This document shows, piece by piece, positions 30,351 to 39,790 of a stretch of 64,000 nucleotides of DNA. The position numbers and the translations under genes are program-made. The DNA is taken from NCBI GenBank assembly GCA_963770565.1, contig CAVYQE010000001.1, positions 384,001-448,000 of the forward strand, written 5' to 3'. The stretch comes from an uncultured Actinomycetota bacterium. Its GTDB lineage: Bacteria > Actinomycetota > Actinomycetes > JAFAQI01. Position 1 is the first letter of the stretch. Each line of letters opens with the position of its first letter. The notes beneath the pieces are model-generated. The model saw only the letters and a program-made list of their open reading frames with translations. It was not told where the DNA came from and made no database searches.

Positions 30351-31733
30351 ATGTCGGTATCAAGCCTGCACGACGCACCCCACAGCCTTACCGAGACGTG
30401 CCCGTGGTGCGAACAACCGGTAAGCCACGCAAAGTTCGAAGAGATCCACGAACGGATCAAGGCAAACGAGCGCGCGCAGACGAGGGCGATCGAGCGCCGG
30501 CTCAACGAAGAGCACGAGCGCAAGGTCTCCGAGGCAAAGGCGCGCGCTGACGCCGAGGTCGCCAAGGCCAAGAAAGTCGCCGCAGATGCAATCCTCCGCG
30601 CGGCGAAACAAAATGGGGCGGACATCGAGACCGCGCGGCAGACGGCCGTCAAGCAGACGCAGGATGAAAGTGCCGCCAGGATCAAAGCCGCGGAAGACGC
30701 CAAGGCGTTCGCCGATAAGCAGGTCGTCGTCGAGCGGGCAGTTGCGGCCGAGGCCGTGATGAAAGCTAAGCAAGAAGCCGACGCTGCGGTGGCACTCGCG
30801 GCCGAGCAGGCCGAAGCTGCCGTCGTCGTCGCGCGCACGACAGCCCTGACCGAAGCCGCCGAGAAAGGCGCGGCCAAGATCAAAGCCGCGGAAGACGCTA
30901 AGACCCTTGCCGACAAGCAGCTCGTCGACGAACGGGCAGCAGCGGCCGCGAGACTGTCCGAGCAGCGCGAAGCACTCGAGAACCACAGCGCCGAACTCCT
31001 CGCGGCCGAGAAGGCCCGAGCCTTCCAAGACCAGCAAAAGTGGGAACGCAAGATCGACGATCTGAAACGCCAGGTCCAGAACAAGACCGCCGGTGAACTC
31101 GGCGAGGGAGCCGAGCTCGACCTCTTCGAAGAGTTGAAGCGCGAGTATCCGACGGACGACATTCGACGCGTGAAAAAGGGCCTGCCTGGCGCTGACATCG
31201 TTCACAACATCATCGAGCACGGCGCGATCGTGGGCTGTGTGGTGTACGACGCGAAGAACCGGTCGCAATGGCGTAACGACTACGTGACCAAGCTTCGTGT
31301 GGATCAACTCGCGGCAAAGGCTGACCACGCGATCCTCGCCACTCGGGTGTTCCCGTCGGGAACCGCGCAGCTCGCCACGCAGGACGGCGTTATCGTCGCC
31401 AATCCGGCCCGGGTCGTCGAGCTGGCTCGCCTCATTCGCGGGCACGTGACCCACGTGGCGACGCTTCGCCTCAGTGAGTCCGACCGAGCCGAGAAAATGG
31501 CCGCCGTCTACGACTTCGTCACCTCGGATCGGTGCAATCAGCTCTTCGCGCAGATGGACAACGTCTCGGACAACATGCTTGAACTCGACACAAAGGAGAT
31601 GAAGGCGCACAACGACACCTGGAAGAAGCGAGGAGAGCTGCTCAGGTCGTTGCAGAAAACGCAGGGAACCCTCACAAACGAGATCAGTATGATCGTCGCC
31701 GCCACCGCTGCGCCGGCAAAGCCGACGCCATGA
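30351..31733 (+). CDS. DUF2130-family protein: CxxC, long coiled coil, PD-(D/E)XK-like (RmuC-related) domain
   Basis: CPWC; GEGAELDLFEELKREYPTDDIRRVKKGLPGADI..GCVVYDAKN..W..YVTKLRVDQ..KADHAIL. Confidence 0.82.
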   Translation: MSVSSLHDAPHSLTETCPWCEQPVSHAKFEEIHERIKANERAQTRAIERRLNEEHERKVSEAKARADAEVAKAKKVAADAILRAAKQNGADIETARQTAVKQTQDESAARIKAAEDAKAFADKQVVVERAVAAEAVMKAKQEADAAVALAAEQAEAAVVVARTTALTEAAEKGAAKIKAAEDAKTLADKQLVDERAAAAARLSEQREALENHSAELLAAEKARAFQDQQKWERKIDDLKRQVQNKTAGELGEGAELDLFEELKREYPTDDIRRVKKGLPGADIVHNIIEHGAIVGCVVYDAKNRSQWRNDYVTKLRVDQLAAKADHAILATRVFPSGTAQLATQDGVIVANPARVVELARLIRGHVTHVATLRLSESDRAEKMAAVYDFVTSDRCNQLFAQMDNVSDNMLELDTKEMKAHNDTWKKRGELLRSLQKTQGTLTNEISMIVAATAAPAKPTP

Positions 31734-32686
31734 CGCAGCCACAAGCCGAAGCGGGCTCGTCCGTGGGTCGCGTCGCCGCCTTTCAGGAACGCCGACTGGG
31801 TGGAACGGTCCTGCGGACACGGCGAGCGCGCGTGGACATCGACGAGCTAATTCCCAACGAGCGGCAGCCGCGCCTCGGCGCTAAGGAAGACGAGGAGCTT
31901 CAACGTCAGATCGACGCAAACGAGGGACTCTTCGAGCCGCTGCTCGTTGAGCCTCATCCAGATATCGCCGACAAACTTCGGATCATTGATGGTGAGCGTC
32001 GGTGGACCAATTCGGTGGCACTAGTCCAACAGGGCAAGACGCAGTTTCGCCAACTACCAGTCGAGATCACCGACAGAACGCTCTCGGACGAGGAACGACT
32101 TCGGGCCTGGATTTACATCCACCGGCAACGCAAGGAGTGGGACGCTAAAGAGAAGGAGATGGTCGCCTACCGCCTCGTCGATCTCGTCGGGAGAGCAAGC
32201 GCGGCGAACATTCTCGGGGTCACGATTCGCGAACTGGACAAGCTTGTTCAGGTGTTCGAACTATCCGAGCGATTCGTCAATCTCAGAGAGCCGGGCTCGG
32301 GGATCACATGGGCACGCGAACTGACCGGCGTGAGCAAAGCACTTCTGACACCTTCCATCACGGATGCGGTCGTACAGAAGGTGGCACGCAAGCAGATCAC
32401 AAACTCGAAGGATCTTCGCAAGCTCCGCGTCATTTTGCGCGACCCGGTCGCGAAGGCGCACTTTCTCGAGGATGACTCCGACATAGATTCGGCATTGCTC
32501 CGGGTTGCCAGCGCCAAACCAGTCAACACGGGACTTGAAGCACAGCTCGAGGCCGCCATGGACGCTGTGCGCCGGATGCCTTGGACCGACCTGCAGGAGC
32601 TTCGGGGCGATCCGGCGATCCTCAAGACCATCGACGAGGCGACCAAACTGCTCGCCGACCTCCGAACGAACCTTCGAAGCGACTGA
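31730..32686 (+). CDS. ParB/Srx N-terminal-domain protein (no ParA partner)
   Basis: IDELIPNERQPR, GLFEPLLVE, RIIDGERRW (GxxR); ATGA overlap with upstream gene. Confidence 0.85.
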   Translation: MTQPQAEAGSSVGRVAAFQERRLGGTVLRTRRARVDIDELIPNERQPRLGAKEDEELQRQIDANEGLFEPLLVEPHPDIADKLRIIDGERRWTNSVALVQQGKTQFRQLPVEITDRTLSDEERLRAWIYIHRQRKEWDAKEKEMVAYRLVDLVGRASAANILGVTIRELDKLVQVFELSERFVNLREPGSGITWARELTGVSKALLTPSITDAVVQKVARKQITNSKDLRKLRVILRDPVAKAHFLEDDSDIDSALLRVASAKPVNTGLEAQLEAAMDAVRRMPWTDLQELRGDPAILKTIDEATKLLADLRTNLRSD

Positions 32687-33077
32687 CGTGGGCAGCGCGA
32701 GTCTTATGCCTTCTTGTGAGTTCGATCGAGATGAGCCGGCCTTGCGTTAGGCAGTGGGCGACCAAGGACCGGCAGTCTCTGCGTGCGCACCACGATCCGT
32801 ACGTGTGGGTGGCGCATCGCGGTGACGATTTTGGTGCGCTCATGGTGTAGGCGCCGGCCGTCTCGCAACCGACAACCAGGTCGCTCTGGAACGAGTTGCG
32901 ACCCCAGCGACCTCTCGCTGGTGGCGGCTCCGCGACAGCGGACAAATGCATTGAGGCTTCATCAGGTCATCGCGTTACGAGTTCGCCGTTGGCCCCGGTC
33001 GGGGTCGAGGGCCCCGTCGCGTGCCAGTGGTCTACACGCCAAGTGCAAACGTCGTTGCTCAGTGACAGAGTCGCGGT

Positions 33078-35177
33078 ATGCCTGATTCGGACTCGCCGCG
33101 TTCGGCGTGGCTAGAGACCCGGTTAGTGCCTGCTCGTGCGGCTTATCTCATCCGGGCTGGAAGCACCAGAGGACTTCGCCGAGCCGTCCAGGAGGCGTCG
33201 ACACGATGGGGTGGGGTCACTGAGCCGATTATCCCCGTTAGCCGAGGGGGTCGAATCGCACCATGGTGGCGGCAGGTTGTGGAACTCAGTTCCGTTGAGG
33301 GCCTCGTCGATGTTGACGCTGGTGACGACGGCGCGGTCCTGGCTGAACAGCTCCGCTTGCCGCTGGTCCCGATTGCTCAGATCGACCGTGCCGGTGTGAC
33401 CATGTGGACCTGCAACCCGGTCAGCCTGCCGGGTGGCGATCTCGCGCACGCACCGGTCATCGCAACGAGACGACGCCCGCTGTGGGAAGTGACCGCTGCC
33501 GGCGACGTCACCGACGAGCACGCGAGCAGCTTCGAAGCCGAGGGCATCCCATTTCGCCGGGCTATGAGCAACGACCAGGTGGCGCGCGCGATGGTGCTGA
33601 AGAGCACGCTCCTTGACCGGACGACGGCCGCATTCTGGGAGACCCGCGCGACCGGTGTCAGCGCACACCCTGCGTTGATCTGGCTGACGAAGGAGAACGG
33701 TTACAGGGACTGCTTGTGGTTCTGGAACCTGCGGGCGCTGCGGTCGTTGCGGTTTGACCCTGCGCCCATGTTGCTGCTGCCGGATGACGGTGTTGAAGAC
33801 TGGCTGCGCGTGGACGACGTCATCGCATCTGTCCTGTCTCGTCCCGACGAGTTCAAGCCGGACGTCGTGATGTCCAGCTTGGGCTGCGACGATGGCGCGC
33901 TGCACAAGATGGCCGAGCTGCTGGGGCTGAGGCACCATGAAGGTGAAGTCTCATCTGGGCATCGGTGGCCGACCTCGATGCGGTCGCCTCCGTACTCGTA
34001 TCTCACCCGCGTCGACTACCGCCTGTGGGTGGCGTTCGATCGTGAGTACGGCGAACCGGCTGAACAGCAGGTCCACTTCACGGCCGGGCAGGGATCGCTC
34101 AGGGTCGATTCCCCGGTGGCATTTCAATCCGGCGGTAACACTCTGCTACGTCTTCGCTCGGCAGCTTTCAACAGATACCCACGGCGAGACCATGTCGCCG
34201 GGCAGATAGTCCCGAACGGGGTTTGGCGAGGCGACCAGATCCAGATCGCGACGAGCTGTCTTCGCCACTATCGTCTCGAACTGTCGTTGCCGACATCGAG
34301 TGAAGTACTGGCCGAGCATCTGCGCCGATGCACTGTCGGGTATCGATTGTCGGGACAGGGACGCGTAGCCACCGCGCTGCTTGAACGCGCGGACCCTTCC
34401 GAGCTGCTGAGTCCGGGGCTGCCGCAGGCCGTGTCGGCGCTCACCACACCACGATCACGATCACTCGAAAAGGATCTTCATCGGCTTCGTGCCGAGGGAT
34501 CCTCCGATTCCGATCTCGTCGAGCTTGCTCACACGTGGGGCAGCCGCGGACCGCGTCGGTACCGATCGGCCCGCGAGGTGCGCAGCGAAGTAGGCAGCCA
34601 CCACCTTGAGGCCCTGGAGTCGCTGTGTGCGCTTGGTTGGTCGGAACGAGGGTTCGAAACGAACTGCCAACGATGTGGTGTCCGCACCTTCGTGCCGGTC
34701 GCTGACACGACCAAGGTCCCGACTTGCCCCGGCTGTCACGCGCGCACCGAGTTCACCGTTGTCGGGCCGGCGATCGAAATCTTCTACCGACTCGACACCT
34801 ACGTCGACCAGGCCAGCGATCAGGGCGCCGTTCCCCAGGCCATCGCCGCAGCGGCCCTCATTAGCCGCGATCCAGAGACGTTTGTCATGCCTGGGGTAGA
34901 GCTTGAGTTGCCGGATGGCACCAGCACAGAGATCGACTTGATCGCGGTTCATGGCGCTCGAATAGCAACTGGCGAGGTCAAGACCAGCCCTGCGGACTTC
35001 ACCGACTCGCAGCTAGAGAAGGACGTTCGCAAGAGCAAACTCGTTGACGCGGATGTTTATCTCATGGCGACGATCTATCCGTTGCCGGTCGGACGCGTCG
35101 ATATGGCTCGGACGATGGCATCCGAGGTTGGCCTCGAATTAGCTGTTCTCGACGGTGACGGTCTGATCTGGCCTTAG
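33078..35177 (+). CDS. 699-aa hypothetical protein with C-terminal Zn ribbon and PD-(D/E)XK nuclease domain
   Basis: CQRC..CPGC; PGVELE..TEIDLI..GEVKTS. Confidence 0.75.
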   Translation: MPDSDSPRSAWLETRLVPARAAYLIRAGSTRGLRRAVQEASTRWGGVTEPIIPVSRGGRIAPWWRQVVELSSVEGLVDVDAGDDGAVLAEQLRLPLVPIAQIDRAGVTMWTCNPVSLPGGDLAHAPVIATRRRPLWEVTAAGDVTDEHASSFEAEGIPFRRAMSNDQVARAMVLKSTLLDRTTAAFWETRATGVSAHPALIWLTKENGYRDCLWFWNLRALRSLRFDPAPMLLLPDDGVEDWLRVDDVIASVLSRPDEFKPDVVMSSLGCDDGALHKMAELLGLRHHEGEVSSGHRWPTSMRSPPYSYLTRVDYRLWVAFDREYGEPAEQQVHFTAGQGSLRVDSPVAFQSGGNTLLRLRSAAFNRYPRRDHVAGQIVPNGVWRGDQIQIATSCLRHYRLELSLPTSSEVLAEHLRRCTVGYRLSGQGRVATALLERADPSELLSPGLPQAVSALTTPRSRSLEKDLHRLRAEGSSDSDLVELAHTWGSRGPRRYRSAREVRSEVGSHHLEALESLCALGWSERGFETNCQRCGVRTFVPVADTTKVPTCPGCHARTEFTVVGPAIEIFYRLDTYVDQASDQGAVPQAIAAAALISRDPETFVMPGVELELPDGTSTEIDLIAVHGARIATGEVKTSPADFTDSQLEKDVRKSKLVDADVYLMATIYPLPVGRVDMARTMASEVGLELAVLDGDGLIWP

Positions 35178-35408
35178 CGCGCGAAGCCGACACCGGCGCC
35201 ATTCTCGTGCCAGTTGAGAAGAGATTTGCCGGGTCCTGGTCCGCAACCGCTTGGCGCTCCTGCTGGCTGGAGCAGGCCGGGACGATGGTGCCAGCGTGGT
35301 GGCCTAACTTCACGTTCGCGCTGGTTCGCTGCCGTTCGTCGCTGTGAAATCCCTTTGCTTTGAGCGTAAGCGGACCGCAGCGGACCACTGCGAATGTGCA
35401 TCGGTGAC

Positions 35409-35453
35409 ACTTTTAATCCGTAGGTTGTGGGTTCGAGTCCCACACGGCCCACT
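35409..35453 (+). other. tRNA-Lys(TTT) 3' half: att junction between tandem islands
   Basis: ACTTTTAATCCGTAGGTTGTGGGTTCGAGTCCCACACGGCCCAC begins at the anticodon loop; no 5' half. Confidence 0.85.
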
Positions 35454-35842
35454 ATCTGCGCAGGTCAGAGGCATGATCAACGATCTTGAGGCCAAAATCG
35501 TTGGTGCGGATGGAATCCGCAGGTGCTTCCGGGCCGATTCGGGGTCTGACCTGGGCCGTTGCTGAGAGCTCGTGGCGTAACGGGACCGGCATGGGGACAA
35601 GATGGGGACACGGCGACGCTCTGACGACACGCGCGGCGTCCCGTCAGGTCGTCCGTTCGAGGATGTCGGCGACGTTGAACTTCCAGTTCTTGTGTAGGGC
35701 GTCGCGGACCGTTCATCGGACCGCTCGGGTCAGTGCGCTCCCGTCGAATCTGTTGGCGCGACGGCCGACGGAAAGGTCCGCAAACCCAGACGAGATCATC
35801 CGCATACCCTGCGTTATCGAATGCCCACGGGAGAGGCCAAGG

Positions 35843-36772
35843 ATGACGACGCCGGTGGTGCAAGGGACGGCGATCGACGCCCGGTCACTGACCAAGTCCT
35901 ACGGAAGTCAACGCGGCATCGTTGAGGTGGACTTGGCCGTCACCGTCGGCGAAGTGGTCGGGCTCGTCGGCGCCAACGGCGCGGGAAAGACCACCTTCAT
36001 CCGTACAGTTTTGGACTTCATCCGTCCGAGCGGCGGCGAGCTACGGGTGTTCGGGCTGGACAGTGTCCGGGATTCCGTCGAGGTGCGGCGCCGAACCGCC
36101 TACCTTCCGGGGGACCTCGTCCTGCCACCTCGACTCAGGGGCTTCGAGGCGCTGCGCCGGTATACCGCGGTGCGGTCCGCGCTCGAGCCGGCCCGGGTCC
36201 GCGCGCTGGCTGCTCGTCTTGACCTGGACCTCTCGCGTCGCGTGGAGGACCTGTCGAAGGGGAACCGGCAGAAGGTCGGGTTGATGCTCGCCTTCGCGCC
36301 GCGGGTCGACCTGCTGGTGCTCGATGAACCGACCAGCGGGTTGGATCCGCTGCTGCAACGGGAGTTCGCGAGTCTGGTGAGTGAGGCCGCGAATGACGGC
36401 GCGACAGTCTTGCTTTCCAGCCACGTGATGTCCGAGGTCGAACAGGTCGCCCAGCGGGTCGCGTTGATGCGTGACGGGCGGATCGTCGCGGTCGATGACC
36501 TGGCCTCGCTCCATGCCAGGGCACGTCGGCGAGGACGAATCCGTCCGCTCGATCCCAGCGACCTCCCGCGGATCGCCGATGCACTGCGCGCCATCGCGAG
36601 CATCACGGACTCGACCATCGATGGTGACGTGGTCGCGTTCGCCTGCGTCGGCACGATGGACGACGTGATCAAGACGCTGGGAAACTTCGGGGTCGCCGAA
36701 CTCGACGTCGCGCACAGTGACCTCGAGGACGCGTTCTTCTCCGCCTACGACGACCCGGCTAACTCCGGATGA
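35843..36772 (+). CDS. ABC-2 type transporter ATP-binding protein
   Basis: GANGAGKTT, LSKGNRQKVG, LDEPTSGLDP, LLSSH. Confidence 0.93.
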   Translation: MTTPVVQGTAIDARSLTKSYGSQRGIVEVDLAVTVGEVVGLVGANGAGKTTFIRTVLDFIRPSGGELRVFGLDSVRDSVEVRRRTAYLPGDLVLPPRLRGFEALRRYTAVRSALEPARVRALAARLDLDLSRRVEDLSKGNRQKVGLMLAFAPRVDLLVLDEPTSGLDPLLQREFASLVSEAANDGATVLLSSHVMSEVEQVAQRVALMRDGRIVAVDDLASLHARARRRGRIRPLDPSDLPRIADALRAIASITDSTIDGDVVAFACVGTMDDVIKTLGNFGVAELDVAHSDLEDAFFSAYDDPANSG

Positions 36773-37575
36773 CCGGATCTCCGGGGGTTCGGATGCTCCG
36801 CAGCGAGCTTCGGCTGTCGTTGCGGTCGGTGCTGGTGTGGTCGGTGTCGATCGCGGCGCTGGTCGTCCTGGTCGTCGGGGTCTATCCCTCGATCCGTGGC
36901 AACCACTCGTTCGACTCCTTGTACGGCAACCTGTCCCCCACGATGCAGGCGCTTCTCGGCGGCTCGAGTCTCACCTCGGCGACCGGCTATCTCAGCACCC
37001 AGCTCTTCGCGTTCTTCCTGCCCGCTGTGATGCTCGTCTTTGCGATCAGCCGAGGCGCTGCGGCGGTTGCCGGCGAGGAGGAGCAACACACCCTCGACCT
37101 GCTGCTCGCCCAACCAATTCGACGCAGGAACGTCTACCTGCAGAAGTCCGCCGCCGTCCTGGCCGGTATCGCGGCGTTGACCGTCGCGAGCTGGATCCCG
37201 TTAGCAGCGATGGACTCGGCGGTCCGGCTCAACGTGGCCCTCAGCAACCTGACCGGAATCTGTCTGCAGATGGGTTTGTTCTGTTGCGTCCTCGCCCTCA
37301 GCGCACAGGCGGTCGCGACAGCGTTCGGCCGGCGGGTCGCAGGCATCGCCGCCGTGGTCGCCTACACGGTGGTCGGATACGTCCTGTACGGGCTCAGCAT
37401 GACGGTGCATCCGCTGTCCTACCTGCGACCGTTCCTGGTCTGGCGCTGGTACCTGTCCAACGACCCACTCCACACCGGCACCGGCGCTACGGAGGTAGGT
37501 GTCCTGCTCGCCGTGTGCGTCGCCGCTGAGATCGCGGGCGTCCTCGCGTTCAACCGCCGGGACCTGCGCAACTAA
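36769..37575 (+). CDS. ABC-2 type transporter permease
   Basis: Six TM segments; AGEEEQHTLDLLLAQPIRR; C-terminal FNRRDL. Confidence 0.9.
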   Translation: MTGSPGVRMLRSELRLSLRSVLVWSVSIAALVVLVVGVYPSIRGNHSFDSLYGNLSPTMQALLGGSSLTSATGYLSTQLFAFFLPAVMLVFAISRGAAAVAGEEEQHTLDLLLAQPIRRRNVYLQKSAAVLAGIAALTVASWIPLAAMDSAVRLNVALSNLTGICLQMGLFCCVLALSAQAVATAFGRRVAGIAAVVAYTVVGYVLYGLSMTVHPLSYLRPFLVWRWYLSNDPLHTGTGATEVGVLLAVCVAAEIAGVLAFNRRDLRN

Positions 37576-37732
37576 CCCGCGGTCCTCCCGAGCCGTGCCA
37601 ACGAGCGCATGAACCACGGGCTTGAAGCCGGCTGATCAAACAACGGCACAACGGTGCCGGGCTAGGGTCGTCTGCGGTGCGCCGGGAAGTCTGGTCGGCA
37701 GTCGGTCAACGTTGCCTAACCCCGAGGATCCT

Positions 37733-39217
37733 GTGCCGGACACCATCGCCTTCGCTGAACTGCTGCTGGCACTGTCGCTCGCAGCGACCGTTGCGGTCCT
37801 GTCCAACCGGATCAGCGCCCTCACCCGGGTGCCGGCGCCGCTGTTCTTCCTGGCTGGGGCCGCCGTCGCCGTCACTGTCGTGACGAAGCTGAACGCCCCA
37901 CCGGAGCGAACCGTGGAACGGCTGGTCACGGTCTGCCTGATCTGCATTTTGTTCGACGGTGGCATGCGGATCGGTCGTGATCGGTTCCAAGCCGCGATGA
38001 CCCCGATCTTGCTGGTGGGGGTGGCGGGAACGTTCCTGACCACCGCCGCCGTGGCTGTGCTGGTCAATCTCGGGTTCGGTTTCAGCTGGTACGCCGCGGT
38101 GCTGCTCGGCGCGGTGTTGGCGCCGACCGACCCCGCGGTGGTGTTCTCGGTGCTCGGTCGACGCGAGATCACTGGCCGGTCGGGCACCATCCTCGAAGGC
38201 GAGTCCGGCGCCAACGACCCGGTCGGCATTGCGCTGGTAGCCAGTCTGCTCAGTGTGGGCCGCTTGACCGGCGGCAGTGTGGGACACGTCACTGGGCTCT
38301 TTGTGTTGCAGATGGGCGTCGGAGCGGTCGTCGGGGTAGTCGGTGGGATAGGGCTGCTGTGGTTTATGCGGCGGATCGCTCTGCCGAGTGAAGGGCTCTA
38401 TCCGCTGCGCACGCTCGCGTTTGTCTTTGTCCTGTATGCGGTGGCCGCACTGCTGCATGGGTCCGGATTTCTCGCGGTCTTCGTCGCCGGCATCGTCGTG
38501 GGCGATGAGCGCGCGCCGTTCAAGCGGGAGGTCGAACGCTTCCATTCCGCGCTTGCCAGTCTCGCGGAGATCGCCGCGTTCGTCGTCCTCGGTCTCACGG
38601 TCACGTTGCGGGATCTGGTCCGTCTCGACGTGTGGGTCCCCGTCGTGGTCATTGCAGTAGTTCTCGCCGCCGTCATCCGGCCGTTGTGTGTCGGGGTGTG
38701 CCTTGCCCGGGCCGGGCTAAGGCGTAACGAGATGGGCTTCGTCCTGTTCGCTGGGCTCAAGGGCGCCGTGCCGCTTCTGCTCGGTACAACGTTGCTCGCG
38801 GCGCGCGTAGACGCCCCGACCCGGCTGTACAGCATCGTGGTCGGGGTCGTTGTGCTTTCCGTACTCGTTCAAGGCAGCCTGGTGCCCTGGGTCGCGAGCC
38901 GGGTACGGCTGCCGATTCGGCTGGTGCAACCTCAGCCGTGGGCCTTCGGCGTTCGACTCACCGACGAACCGACCGACGTCCTACGCCTGACCGTACGGCC
39001 TGGCTCGGCAGCGGTCGGACAATCGATCCGGCAGTTCGGTGAAAGCGCCTCGGACTCGGAGGAGTTGTGGGTCCACCTCATCGTCCGAGACGGCAGACTG
39101 CTCTCGACCCACGGTGATACGACCCTCGAGGCGGGTGATGAACTCGTCATCTCCGCCGACCCCGCCTCGCACCTGCGCATCGAAACCCAAGTCGCCGGTC
39201 CGTCGTTACTGCACTGA
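37733..39217 (+). CDS. CPA1 cation/H+ antiporter (NhaP2/CvrA-like) with TrkA-C domain
   Basis: ILFDGG, APTDPAVVFSVL, LEGESGANDPVG, GSGFLAVF, AGLKGAVP, GDTTLEAGDE. Confidence 0.9.
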   Translation: MPDTIAFAELLLALSLAATVAVLSNRISALTRVPAPLFFLAGAAVAVTVVTKLNAPPERTVERLVTVCLICILFDGGMRIGRDRFQAAMTPILLVGVAGTFLTTAAVAVLVNLGFGFSWYAAVLLGAVLAPTDPAVVFSVLGRREITGRSGTILEGESGANDPVGIALVASLLSVGRLTGGSVGHVTGLFVLQMGVGAVVGVVGGIGLLWFMRRIALPSEGLYPLRTLAFVFVLYAVAALLHGSGFLAVFVAGIVVGDERAPFKREVERFHSALASLAEIAAFVVLGLTVTLRDLVRLDVWVPVVVIAVVLAAVIRPLCVGVCLARAGLRRNEMGFVLFAGLKGAVPLLLGTTLLAARVDAPTRLYSIVVGVVVLSVLVQGSLVPWVASRVRLPIRLVQPQPWAFGVRLTDEPTDVLRLTVRPGSAAVGQSIRQFGESASDSEELWVHLIVRDGRLLSTHGDTTLEAGDELVISADPASHLRIETQVAGPSLLH

Positions 39218-39239
39218 ACGGCTGCACAGTCAGCTCACA

Positions 39240-39461
39240 TTAACGGTGCATCGGATGCAGGATCTGGTCGAGCGCGCGACGCCGACAGCGCCAGCAGCGG
39301 TGATGCGGTGAGACCGGGCTTACGCGCAGGTGACCACAGTCGGGGTAACGCGGTCCCGACCACGGGGTGAGGATGCTGAGCACACCGATCCACTCCATGT
39401 AGGCAGTTGCGACGAGAAGCACAATGCCGAGAACGATGATGATCGCGAGATATCCGGTCAT
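39240..39461 (-). CDS. Small membrane protein with C-terminal Cys/His cluster
   Basis: N-terminal TM; CGH..HHRCWRC; co-oriented at end of MarR-ClC operon. Confidence 0.5.
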   Translation of the reverse strand: MTGYLAIIIVLGIVLLVATAYMEWIGVLSILTPWSGPRYPDCGHLRVSPVSPHHRCWRCRRRALDQILHPMHR

Positions 39462-39478
39462 TTGTGGCCCTTTCTAGG

Positions 39479-39790
39479 TCATGACCCCTGCTCGGTATTG
39501 ACGGTGACCCGAACCAGTTCGCCAGGTGGGAGGCGGGTGAACCGGTTGTAGATGACGCGCGGCTTCTGGTCGCCGAACACACGCCGCCGCGCCTCGGCAA
39601 CGAGCGCGAGATTCCGCCGGTCGGTGACCTCCACGGTCAGCGAACGCGCAGCGGATAGCCGCTGGCCCAACCCGTCGAGGAAGTCACTGAGCCGGCGGAA
39701 GCAGACCAGCGCTTGCGCATCGACGGTCCCGCCATCGGCCTCAAACTTGGCGACGGTCACGCTCGACTCCTCACTCCTGAATCCGTGCAA
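39479..39790 (-). CDS. Small hypothetical protein
   Basis: Co-oriented, overlapping the ClC stop region; GGAG RBS before GTG at ~39760. Confidence 0.45.
   Translation of the reverse strand: MHGFRSEESSVTVAKFEADGGTVDAQALVCFRRLSDFLDGLGQRLSAARSLTVEVTDRRNLALVAEARRRVFGDQKPRVIYNRFTRLPPGELVRVTVNTEQGS

Noticed and set aside
30335-31820. Long minus-strand ORFs (287 and 486 aa)
   Set aside because: Antisense shadows of the DUF2130 gene, typical of high-GC DNA; the same applies to most other long alternative-frame ORFs in the track.
31730-32686. Plasmid or chromosome partition locus
   Set aside because: No ParA/Soj ATPase, rep gene or canonical parS (TGTTTCACGTGAAACA) was noticed nearby.
35380-35455. 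Intact tRNA-Lys gene (likewise at ~52,650-52,721 and tRNA-Gly at ~30,050-30,125)
   Set aside because: Only the anticodon-loop-to-acceptor 3' halves are present; upstream sequence cannot form a D-arm or pair with the acceptor strand.
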